Shown here one piece after another: positions 38,533 through 46,554 of a stretch of 64,000 nt of DNA. Below the pieces are notes generated by a model. That model saw only the letters and a list, made by a program, of their open reading frames with translations, ran no database searches and was not told the origin of the DNA. The DNA comes from a virus, in IMG/VR virus record IMGVR_UViG_3300030098_005409. The stretch is one strand, 5' to 3'. Each line of letters opens with the position of its first letter. The stretch's first letter is position 1. The position numbers and the translations under genes were made by a program.

Positions 38533-38733
38533 CTAAGAGGAGGGGTCGGTTTCGGCCCCTTCTTTTTTTATTACCCTTAAACTTGATTGCTTACACCATT
38601 GAAAAGTTTGTAATTCGCCTTTTTGAAAGACAACACGAATCCAAGGATCAACAGGGTCCAAATCTCCAAAGATATCGATGACAATACCTATTTGACTTGT
38701 TTTGGACCACCGAACTAAATCGCCTACTTTCAT
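38533..38733 (-). CDS. Small SH3/KOW-like protein (MKVGDLV family)
   Basis: 'MKVGDLVRW...GIVI...RVVF'. Confidence 0.65.
   Translation of the reverse strand: MKVGDLVRWSKTSQIGIVIDIFGDLDPVDPWIRVVFQKGELQTFQWCKQSSLRVIKKEGAETDPSS
38538..38569 (+). terminator. Intrinsic terminator after prkA
   Basis: AGGGGTCG-GTTT-CGGCCCCT hairpin followed by a T run. Confidence 0.8.
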
Positions 38734-39242
38734 TAATGATAAGTCTCATCGTCACCCGGGTCTCCAAAGTTATAGAATGAGACATCGCCCTCCAAATCGT
38801 GCTTAGTGGATAAAACCATTTCTTGTGTTGCGGTATCAACATAGACAGAGACATATCCATCTTCGTCTATCGGACCCATATCATCCATTCCTAAACGCAT
38901 ATCGCCGTACTTCATAACCACGGCGGTCAGGATGGTAGCCAACATCGCGGGGTCACTCAGCATATCGACGTCACCAGGGGCCCCAGCCGGCCGCGTGGGG
39001 TAAGACATATCGGCTTGCATCGCCGCCATTGCCATAGAAACTTGTTTCTTGGCTTCCGCGACTAATTTTTCATTTTTGGTAATATGAACTTGAACATCTT
39101 CAGCCAGCGCAATCGCAGAATTACGCAGTGCAACGTTGAATTGTTTTTCTAATTGATTGTCTTTCCATGCCCGCCATATAAAAAAAGAGATAACCAGATA
39201 GCAGACAATCATTGTGCTATGGGCAATTACAAATAAAGTCAT
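38733..39242 (-). CDS. Membrane-anchored hypothetical protein
   Basis: GGAGG SD; N-terminal transmembrane helix. Confidence 0.6.
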   Translation of the reverse strand: MTLFVIAHSTMIVCYLVISFFIWRAWKDNQLEKQFNVALRNSAIALAEDVQVHITKNEKLVAEAKKQVSMAMAAMQADMSYPTRPAGAPGDVDMLSDPAMLATILTAVVMKYGDMRLGMDDMGPIDEDGYVSVYVDTATQEMVLSTKHDLEGDVSFYNFGDPGDDETYH

Positions 39243-39278
39243 AAACAACTCCTATCAGTAAGTAGTTGCTCAGAGGCT

Positions 39279-39542
39279 TCATAATAAATTTTTAAGACGC
39301 ACCCCGACCATCAGCTCTCTGCCGAACAAACAAACGCTTAGATAAACGCTACGGGCTTGACAGGTGCTACCTCCCCATTGGAGCGAGACCCCAACAATGT
39401 ACCCGTAGGATCGGATGAGTTCAATAAAAGGTATAGGTAGCATTTAGGTGTTCATCAAAATCGAGATAACCGAACCAATGATTGTGCCCAAGCATATCCA
39501 GAACACAGCCTTGGTGATATCGTCATTGGAATCGGAGAACAT
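39279..39542 (-). CDS. Two coupled small ORFs (39444-39542, 32 aa; 39279-39443, 54 aa)
   Basis: Manual translation; TAAATG junction; ACTACTTA upstream. Confidence 0.4.
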
Positions 39543-39568
39543 AACGAACTTAAGTAGTTCGTTAAAAG

Positions 39569-40327
39569 TTAATAGTCCTCGTCCCCGCCGTAATCTAGGT
39601 TAAAGATTGAGGAATCAATAATTTTGAAGTTACCCTCGCTATCATGTCCAATATTGCCTCTGCCAATCTCATACTTGTCAATATTAAACTCGTGCATGGC
39701 TTTACTTAGCTCTTGGTACGCAGGGCCTGCTACGCGGGACAGCAGGAGCCCCAGTTCCTGAGCAATCCCAGCGCTTTTAGATTTGTCATCGTCTGGATGT
39801 TTGGTTCGGTCATACCGAAAGGATCCCATGATCATCTTCAAGATGTGAAAAGGGTCGGCAGGATTGAGATCCGCGTCTTGTCGCGACTTTAATATGGCTT
39901 CTTTCTCTGCGGGGAAAGACTTATCAAGCACTTTGTCCAGATCCTCCGTATAGTAGATCTGGGGGATATGCTCCATTACAACCCACGAGAAGTCATCAGC
40001 GTGTGCGTACGCGCGGGGGAAGATAAGAGGATACCGCTTGGCGGTGTTGAAGTCGTCTTCATTCATCTGCGCCTTATAGTCGTCAGGTTCGTGAATCATT
40101 TTGATAACATGATCCGGGTCATCAACGGGCCGATACACGGCTCGAAAAGAACCGGTACCAAGTTTTTTGAAACGGTCAGACTCTAGGATGGTTTGTATTT
40201 CATTAAAGTCGTCGGTGGCTTGAATTTCTTTGAGCCAAGGGAAATATCCTGCTTCTCCCTTGGCTTCCTTAAGGACTTGAAGGTGATTCTTCCACCTCCA
40301 GTGCCATACTGTGTTAGTAACTTTCAT
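39569..40327 (-). CDS. Protein kinase-like protein with atypical catalytic loop
   Basis: 'LGTGSFRAVY', 'HVIK', 'VVME', 'YEIGRGNI', 'KIIDS'. Confidence 0.7.
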   Translation of the reverse strand: MKVTNTVWHWRWKNHLQVLKEAKGEAGYFPWLKEIQATDDFNEIQTILESDRFKKLGTGSFRAVYRPVDDPDHVIKMIHEPDDYKAQMNEDDFNTAKRYPLIFPRAYAHADDFSWVVMEHIPQIYYTEDLDKVLDKSFPAEKEAILKSRQDADLNPADPFHILKMIMGSFRYDRTKHPDDDKSKSAGIAQELGLLLSRVAGPAYQELSKAMHEFNIDKYEIGRGNIGHDSEGNFKIIDSSIFNLDYGGDEDY

Positions 40328-40371
40328 ATATGCTCCGTATATAACTAGTTTCTAAAGTCCTCAAAATTTTC

Positions 40372-40566
40372 CTAGGAATTTTTTTGGGCCCTTCGTTTAT
40401 CCGCGCGCTTTTTCGTACGCTCTAATTTGGCTCTAAGGTCGTTTTCTTTGGGTTTCGCCTTAGGGGAGATAGCGCGCGTTGTTCTCCAAGCAAAATATAC
40501 CAACAATCCACCTGGAATTACCACTGCAGCCATGAATGCTATAAGATGTATCATTGGATTGCTCAC
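40372..40566 (-). CDS. Small membrane protein
   Basis: Transmembrane helix plus basic tail. Confidence 0.5.
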   Translation of the reverse strand: MSNPMIHLIAFMAAVVIPGGLLVYFAWRTTRAISPKAKPKENDLRAKLERTKKRADKRRAQKNS

Positions 40567-40581
40567 TTGTTGGCCTCTTTA

Positions 40582-40731
40582 CTATCGTCCTTGACCTCTG
40601 TACTTCTTCTTATATCGCTTATTCTGTCCCTGAGGTCCTGGCCGACCTGTTTTGGTGTATGGGCTGGATCCGATTGATGTCTTCTTCTTTCTTTTTTCAA
40701 GCTTTGTCGTGCTTAAGCTTCTACGTGCCAT
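40582..40731 (-). CDS. 49-aa highly basic protein
   Basis: MARRSLSTTKLEKRKKKTSIG...NKRYKKKYRGQGR*; 17 K/R residues. Confidence 0.7.
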   Translation of the reverse strand: MARRSLSTTKLEKRKKKTSIGSSPYTKTGRPGPQGQNKRYKKKYRGQGR

Positions 40732-40892
40732 GTGCTTATCCCCCGATTAGTGCGCTAGCGTTCTAAGCTAAATATGCTTATCTCGTTATTATCTCTCTCA
40801 GGCTATCGAAAAGTCTCAGAAAATTGGCTGCGCGTTGAAAACGTACTAAGGCGCTTGTATTGGGTCCAATGTTGCCCTAGCACATACCCCGG

Positions 40893-41060
40893 GCGCCCCC
40901 TATGGGGGGTGGGGGGGTGTGTTAGTTTGTTTTTTTGTGAGTTTATTTTGTGAGGATTTGTGAGCTTTGTGAGTTACTTGTGTAGCGCAAACAACTCACG
41001 CGCATACAAAAAAACCCGGGACAATGCCCGGGCTCTAATGTTGCGCCCCCATTATGGGGG
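40893..41060. repeat. TTGTGAG short repeats flanked by two GCGCCCCC(AT)TATGGGGG elements
   Basis: TTGTGAG at 40935, 40948, 40958, 40967 (variant at 40978); flanking elements at 40893 and 41043. Confidence 0.7.
41008..41033 (-). terminator. Intrinsic terminator
   Basis: CCCGGG-CATTGT-CCCGGG followed by a T run on the minus strand. Confidence 0.75.
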
Positions 41061-41067
41061 AAGTCTG

Positions 41068-41496
41068 TTAGGACTTGCGCGCGGTCTTGCGCCGCTTGTG
41101 CAGGACCAATTCACGGACCTCAATTTCGAGGCTATCGTCGGTCGTAACAGACGCCATAGCAGCCGCTAGCGACTCTCGAAGCTCCCCAACCTTTGCAACG
41201 TTGTTCGGGTCAATACCCAACGCAGCACAAGCCTTCACCGCGCCGTCAATCTTGCTCTGAATGGAAGCAACGGCGTCGGCACCTTCGCCCGCGACGGTGA
41301 AAGTACCGCGCGACGTGTTAGCAAAGTGCGCTTTTACAACCTTATTGGAAGCCGGGACACCGCCGAGCATAAGGGTAGCACCTTCCGGCGCAAGGTCGGC
41401 GGACAGGTCGCGCACATATGCCAGCATTGCATCGGCGCTGGAGAATGCAAGGGTGGAGGAAGTACGGTTGTCGGAGACGGTGAAGATGGTAGCCAT
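41068..41496 (-). CDS. Hypothetical early protein (isolated transcription unit)
   Basis: AAGGA SD before ATG 41496; own promoter (41671-41698) and terminator. Confidence 0.65.
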   Translation of the reverse strand: MATIFTVSDNRTSSTLAFSSADAMLAYVRDLSADLAPEGATLMLGGVPASNKVVKAHFANTSRGTFTVAGEGADAVASIQSKIDGAVKACAALGIDPNNVAKVGELRESLAAAMASVTTDDSLEIEVRELVLHKRRKTARKS

Positions 41497-41819
41497 GTTA
41501 GTGTGTCCTTTCGAGACGCGGGCGTCATTGCCCTCAACTGTTTTAATAATACCAGAGAATCCGGTATCTGTATCGGGCATTCTCGTGCCCGGTCGAAGAG
41601 TCCGGAGCGCGCACGGGTCCGCGGTCATTCGCGGGTTGTCCTTGTGTCCGTTCCTCATCCTCATACAAGTATTATAGCAGGATTCTCAGAAATAGCAACC
41701 CCTTTGGGCTATGTAGTCAAAAAAAAACATTCCCCTAAGTGCCCGGAATCATTGGGGTTTCATTAACCTCGCGCTTAAAGGAGGTAGCCCGAATTCCTCA
41801 AGTGAGTCAAGCACTTACA

Positions 41820-41935
41820 AAACTTGCATCATAAAACTAAAAAGCCTGGACATGCTTGCAACACGCAAGGAGCCTGGACATACTTGCATGGTGCATGCAA
41901 CTCACGCACATATGCTTGCATGCCGCAAGGACTCA
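41820..41935. repeat. Imperfect direct repeats of the GCCTGGACAT[AG]CTTGCA / CGCAAGGA type
   Basis: AGCCTGGACATGCTTGCA, AGCCTGGACATACTTGCA, CATATGCTTGCA; CGCAAGGA twice. Confidence 0.65.
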
Positions 41936-42032
41936 CAGATACGGGGGTTTTGCGCCTGTACTAAGTCGGACAATAGGCACACCCTAACAAATAACCATTA
42001 TCACCTCGCAACCATTCATCATAACCTTATGC

Positions 42033-42860
42033 TTACGCCTTTACCCAATTGACCTTCCTAGAAACCACCTTAAACCGATTCCACGAAAGAGAATGCTTGT
42101 AACGATGCTCTACAGCATACTTTGGTAGTTCCCATTCCTCCAGGGAAGAAGCATTAGCAGTCCATTGAACTCTAGTGGTACCATAAGCATCAGAATGCAC
42201 AGAAGCAACAATACCTAGAATCTTTCCACTATAATCATTGGCAATGGTATTATCCTTTGTACACTCCTCAACTGTAACCAAGTCTCCTGGCTGAAGATTT
42301 ATCGTCCATTTTTCTTGAAGTTTTTGTCGCTTTTTTTGAACGGTTTTTCTCTGAAGATTTCTCGGAGACTTTTTCTGTGAAGATTTTTGTGCCTTAATCT
42401 TCGGAGGATTTTTCTGTGGCTTTTTCTGAGTAGTTTTCTTTTTGTTGCCCGACCAATTCGTCCAACACGCATTCGCACAAACCACGTTGCCACTTTTTGC
42501 TGTAAACTTTTTTGCCTTACAATGCTTGCAAGTTTTTACAAACTTTTCTGCTGCTTCTTGTGCTCGGATTGTCTTGACAAGTCCTGTGTTTGTCGTGAAA
42601 ACTTCTGTGGTAATCTCGCGCCATTGCTTTTGTCGATTGATAAAGCATAGCTTCACACCAACCTTGCCGATGACTTTTCCTGTCTTGCTGTCAATGCCGG
42701 AATCCACAACAACGCGCACGAACTTTGCGCTGGGATGCTTGCGGCTATAAATAATGCTTGTGCCTTTGCCGTTCTTCTTGTGGGGAAAGAAACCTTCGGC
42801 TTTCAACATTGCTTTTCGTTGTACTACTGACATTTTCTCTTTCCTGAGTTCTGTCGCCAA
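42033..42860 (-). CDS. Lys-rich hypothetical protein with C-terminal SH3/KOW-like domain
   Basis: CxxC segment, K/Q-rich linker, 'LQPGDLVTV...LGIV'. Confidence 0.6.
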   Translation of the reverse strand: MATELRKEKMSVVQRKAMLKAEGFFPHKKNGKGTSIIYSRKHPSAKFVRVVVDSGIDSKTGKVIGKVGVKLCFINRQKQWREITTEVFTTNTGLVKTIRAQEAAEKFVKTCKHCKAKKFTAKSGNVVCANACWTNWSGNKKKTTQKKPQKNPPKIKAQKSSQKKSPRNLQRKTVQKKRQKLQEKWTINLQPGDLVTVEECTKDNTIANDYSGKILGIVASVHSDAYGTTRVQWTANASSLEEWELPKYAVEHRYKHSLSWNRFKVVSRKVNWVKA

Positions 42861-43096
42861 ACATTATCGGCAAATTCCTTAACGGACTTCAATGACGCGA
42901 TACCTTCACGGTTTTTCGGGCTTCCCGGTGCTATCTTTTCCCACTCGCGAAGAAGTTTGATAAACTGAATCTTTCCAAACTCTCGATGGCTGCCACGGTA
43001 CCTTTCATCGTAATCGTTCACCAACTTTCGCATAATCGCGATTGAGTTTTGGTGATCCTCAACATTGTCGGTATCGTATACAAGCACCATCTTCAT
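42824..43096 (-). CDS. Hypothetical protein
   Basis: ORF track. Confidence 0.55.
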   Translation of the reverse strand: MKMVLVYDTDNVEDHQNSIAIMRKLVNDYDERYRGSHREFGKIQFIKLLREWEKIAPGSPKNREGIASLKSVKEFADNVWRQNSGKRKCQ

Positions 43097-43101
43097 TTAT
43101 C

Positions 43102-43545
43102 TTATCCTCGGAGCGCGGACAAATCGGCTTCGGTTAGCCCGAGAGAATCAAGCATCTTTTGACGGTCCGACTTCTTTGGCTTTGAAACCTTTGCCTTTGG
43201 CTGAACAACCGTTGAAGTAACCTTCTTCTCTTTCTCCCATTGGGCGAAAAGAATTGCGTTTCCGGGGTGCGAAGGTGCCTTGTTGCGAGCACGGAAACGA
43301 GCGATTCTTGCTCGTCGTTCCGCACCCGGTATGCCATTGGCAAACTTTTCATCTTTTGCGTTGGCGCGAGCAATGTTGTTGACTCCACCGTGGCTTTCAC
43401 AATACCACACTTTGCCCATTCGAACATTCGGGTCATACTCATTGCAACTTGAGTGATTACAAGAAACACCATGCGTAAGATTAGAAGCCTCGCGAGAATT
43501 GCTGGCGATGATGAAGGCATTTCGGACATTGTTGCGCTTACCCAT
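43102..43545 (-). CDS. Hypothetical protein with Cys/His cluster
   Basis: GGAG SD before ATG 43545; 'CNHSSC...YCESH'. Confidence 0.6.
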   Translation of the reverse strand: MGKRNNVRNAFIIASNSREASNLTHGVSCNHSSCNEYDPNVRMGKVWYCESHGGVNNIARANAKDEKFANGIPGAERRARIARFRARNKAPSHPGNAILFAQWEKEKKVTSTVVQPKAKVSKPKKSDRQKMLDSLGLTEADLSALRG

Positions 43546-43636
43546 TTCGTATGATACTCCTTTGGTGAAAGACTGAATGCCTTTCCTCACTGTGCTTATA
43601 TAATACCACAACGAGGCGCGTCTGTCAAGAGAAAAA

Positions 43637-44263
43637 TTACCGCGAAGTTGCGCCTTCGCGCTTTGTGATCTCCGCGGCCTTCATCAATGCCTTATGCTTG
43701 ACCCTCTCCCAACGGTCGCTTCCCCATCGTACCTGATTCTCTGGAATCTTCATCGTGGAAATTCGTAGAGCGAGTTCAAGCGAGCAATTTGGATGTTGCA
43801 CGAACCTCTCAATCGCGTAATACTCCGGGTCGCGGGTTTCGTCTGTAACAACGTCGTTATAGATTTCTTCAAGTAGAGCGGCTGGAGTATTTGATATTTT
43901 GGGATTCCTGTACCAATGATAGCCGCCTAGAAAAGCCTGAACCATTCGCCAGGAGCGACGATGAAGCCTACGCTTGAAAACATCCCGATAGAATGCGGTA
44001 TACTCTTCGTCTGAAAGTTCCATATTGCCATTCATAAGAAGGCAACACTTGAGAACGTAACCCTTTCTCTCCCAAAGGATTTTGGCAGCTTTGGGTGAAA
44101 CATCGGGGTTTTCCGCAAGGTATTGCCTTCCGAGAGCATAATAATGCTTCGCAATCGCAATTTGTGTCTCTTCGTCAGTAAAACGATTCTTCGCGAGGGA
44201 AACAACCTCGGCATTGTACATCTTGCCAATGTTGGCAGCATAAGGGGACTTGTATTCACTCAT
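43637..44263 (-). CDS. Hypothetical protein with LRV-like helical repeats
   Basis: 'LAENPDVS', 'FVQHPNCS'. Confidence 0.5.
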   Translation of the reverse strand: MSEYKSPYAANIGKMYNAEVVSLAKNRFTDEETQIAIAKHYYALGRQYLAENPDVSPKAAKILWERKGYVLKCCLLMNGNMELSDEEYTAFYRDVFKRRLHRRSWRMVQAFLGGYHWYRNPKISNTPAALLEEIYNDVVTDETRDPEYYAIERFVQHPNCSLELALRISTMKIPENQVRWGSDRWERVKHKALMKAAEITKREGATSR

Positions 44264-44266
44264 TCT

Positions 44267-44530
44267 CTAAAACTCCATCCCGCTGAAATCAAACGGGTCA
44301 ACATTAGCTTGTTCGCCTTCGCCCACCGCATCGGCAACGGACGTATTGAATTGGTGTAGTTTATCCCACACACTCCTGCTCAGGTTATTTACTGTGTCAA
44401 TCCTCGCAAGGATTGATGCCTCGTTTTCCACAAACGCAGACTTGTATTGTGCATACAACTCGTCTTCAAGCCTATTGAGAGCATCCACAATCGTCTCAAC
44501 TTGTTCGGGAGTTAGTTCAAACTTAATCAT
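44267..44530 (-). CDS. Hypothetical protein
   Basis: ORF track; ATGA coupling. Confidence 0.55.
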   Translation of the reverse strand: MIKFELTPEQVETIVDALNRLEDELYAQYKSAFVENEASILARIDTVNNLSRSVWDKLHQFNTSVADAVGEGEQANVDPFDFSGMEF

Positions 44531-44808
44531 TCTGGGAACTCCGAATTTTGGAAAACGACGGGATGCATAACGTGGTCAGCCCTCCATCGCGCCTTTCCAA
44601 TATGGCAGGAAGTCGTCATAGACATAAACGAACCACCAGGGGAAGTGAAATCGCCCAACACCGTTGAGCCCGACTTAGCACGATAACCAATCCGAAGATT
44701 GTAGGAATACAGGTTCACACCATCTGTGCGAAGTGCGCCAGTGTGGGAATCAGCCTTTACGCCGCGTGTCCAGGCATCAATAACTTCTTCGTTTCGCATT
44801 CTACTCAT
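44527..44808 (-). CDS. Hypothetical protein
   Basis: GGAG SD; start MSRMRNE. Confidence 0.55.
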   Translation of the reverse strand: MSRMRNEEVIDAWTRGVKADSHTGALRTDGVNLYSYNLRIGYRAKSGSTVLGDFTSPGGSFMSMTTSCHIGKARWRADHVMHPVVFQNSEFPE

Positions 44809-44980
44809 TTTCTTCTTCCTCATCTCCGAATTCAATGTCGTCGTATTCAACGTCAAAACCGTATCGCAAAGAATTGCAAACGTCCCAAATGTTATCTTCT
44901 TCCATTTCAGTGCAGGCTCCATTCAACGCCAACGGCAATAAATCCAATACACATAATCAGTTGCATAGCAAGTTCAAGCA

Positions 44981-45124
44981 TTAGTCTCTCTTTCTGTTTT
45001 TGTGTTTAGTCTTGCGGGAGCGTCCCTTTGAAACGTCCCGGCTTCTGTTGTGATGTTTACCGGCACCACCTCTTTGAAAGGCTGCAACGGCAATCCAATT
45101 TCGAGTTTTAATCTTCCCAGACAT
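44981..45124 (-). CDS. 47-aa basic protein
   Basis: MSGKIKTRNWIAVAAFQRGGAGKH...RKTKHKNRKRD*; directly after promoter 45155-45183 and GGAGG. Confidence 0.6.
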   Translation of the reverse strand: MSGKIKTRNWIAVAAFQRGGAGKHHNRSRDVSKGRSRKTKHKNRKRD

Positions 45125-45194
45125 TCGGGGCACCCCTTCCTCCACTGTCTTTATAGTATACCAGAAGGGGCACCCGTTGTCAAGAGGAAAATGA

Positions 45195-46481
45195 TTACCT
45201 TTCGGTAGGAACGATAATCATTCGTTCGGGCTTCGGGTTGAAATAAGGACGCTGCCCGTTGTACTCATCGGTAATCCAGAGACGCTGAACATTGCAGCGA
45301 ACCGGCTTCGGTGCCTCCATATCGGTGCAAATGATAAGACCGTCGAATCCGCCCTTCTCATTCACGAAGTTCGTGGGAGCGTTGAAGCAAGTTCCACCGT
45401 GCATTACACGTTCACGCTTGCGCTGCATTCCCTTCTTCCAAACATAGTTCAGACTCTCATCGACACGAGTATCGAAAGGAATGACAGTGAACTCAGCAAT
45501 CTTTGCGAGCGAGTTGAGTTCCGCGAAGAAAGCAGCAAGCATCGAATCCGAAACAGAGCCCGACTGGTCAATGGCAATAGCAATCTTTGCGGTTCGCGTA
45601 GACTTCTTGCCGGGATGCTGGTAAGGATACCGCTTGTTAATCTTACGAACAGTGCTTCGCTTGTTTGCCTTTTGGCTTTGCTTCACGAAGTATCGCAGGA
45701 CCTTGCGCCAGTCAACCTTAGTGGAAATACCATCCATGATTTCCTTGCGACAACTGGCAGGAACTGAACCCCATCCACGGGAAGAAGAGTTTGCCTCTTC
45801 AACCGCATCCTTGATAAACTCCTTTACACGCTCCTCAGCAATCTGCTTTGCCTGTTCATCGGCTTCGCCCCATCCACCGTGGTCATCAAAAGAATCCATA
45901 TCATCCAGGGGACTTCCGCCACCTCCACCGGGCTGGCCTTCACCGTCACCGCCTTGACCTTCGCCATTACCTTCACCTTCCGGCTGCTCTTTCTGCATCT
46001 TGCGAAGCTCAGACAAGTACCATTCGGCAGACTTGCCAGCAGGCAAATGTTCAAACGGACCCTTACCAGGGAAACAGGCCATATCAGGAAGATTCGGAAG
46101 ATGACCGTTGATAGAAAGGTCCATCGCTACATTGTGCAACTTCCTTTCTTGCGGGCTCATATCGCGGAATGCTGCGAATCGCCCACCAGTAACATGCTGA
46201 TAAACAATGTGATAGAATTCGTGCTTTAGCACATCCTTCTTTGCTGCATCCTCCAGTCCCGCGAAGAACTTAGGATTGTAAATCATCTCCAACTTACCTT
46301 CCTCAGTCACCATCACACCGGCAGTTGGAATAGCAGCCGAAGGCTTCTTATCCATCCGACGCGAAAGTGCCGCAAAGAAAGGTTCATCCATTAGAAGACG
46401 ATGGATGTGCAAACCAAGGTCAAAGGCAATAACCCCTGATTCCTCAGTTTGTTCAGTTTCAGTTTTCATCGGCTCAGTCAT
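45195..46481 (-). CDS. DUF2201-type metallopeptidase + vWA-like domain protein
   Basis: 'LKHEFYH', G/E-rich linker, MIDAS 'IDQSGS', 'GGT', 'TD'. Confidence 0.85.
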   Translation of the reverse strand: MTEPMKTETEQTEESGVIAFDLGLHIHRLLMDEPFFAALSRRMDKKPSAAIPTAGVMVTEEGKLEMIYNPKFFAGLEDAAKKDVLKHEFYHIVYQHVTGGRFAAFRDMSPQERKLHNVAMDLSINGHLPNLPDMACFPGKGPFEHLPAGKSAEWYLSELRKMQKEQPEGEGNGEGQGGDGEGQPGGGGGSPLDDMDSFDDHGGWGEADEQAKQIAEERVKEFIKDAVEEANSSSRGWGSVPASCRKEIMDGISTKVDWRKVLRYFVKQSQKANKRSTVRKINKRYPYQHPGKKSTRTAKIAIAIDQSGSVSDSMLAAFFAELNSLAKIAEFTVIPFDTRVDESLNYVWKKGMQRKRERVMHGGTCFNAPTNFVNEKGGFDGLIICTDMEAPKPVRCNVQRLWITDEYNGQRPYFNPKPERMIIVPTER

Positions 46482-46554
46482 TCGCTGCTCTCCCCACTGT
46501 CTCTATATAATAGCAGATTTGAAATCCCCTGTCAAGGGGAATCTTCATCCCTTA

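Noticed and set aside
40935-40985. Short repeats as a possible CRISPR array
   Set aside because: 7-nt units with 2-6 nt gaps; no repeat-spacer geometry and no cas1/cas2
41500-41665. Hammerhead ribozyme in the long leader
   Set aside because: GAAA is present but there is no CUGAUGA core or three-way junction
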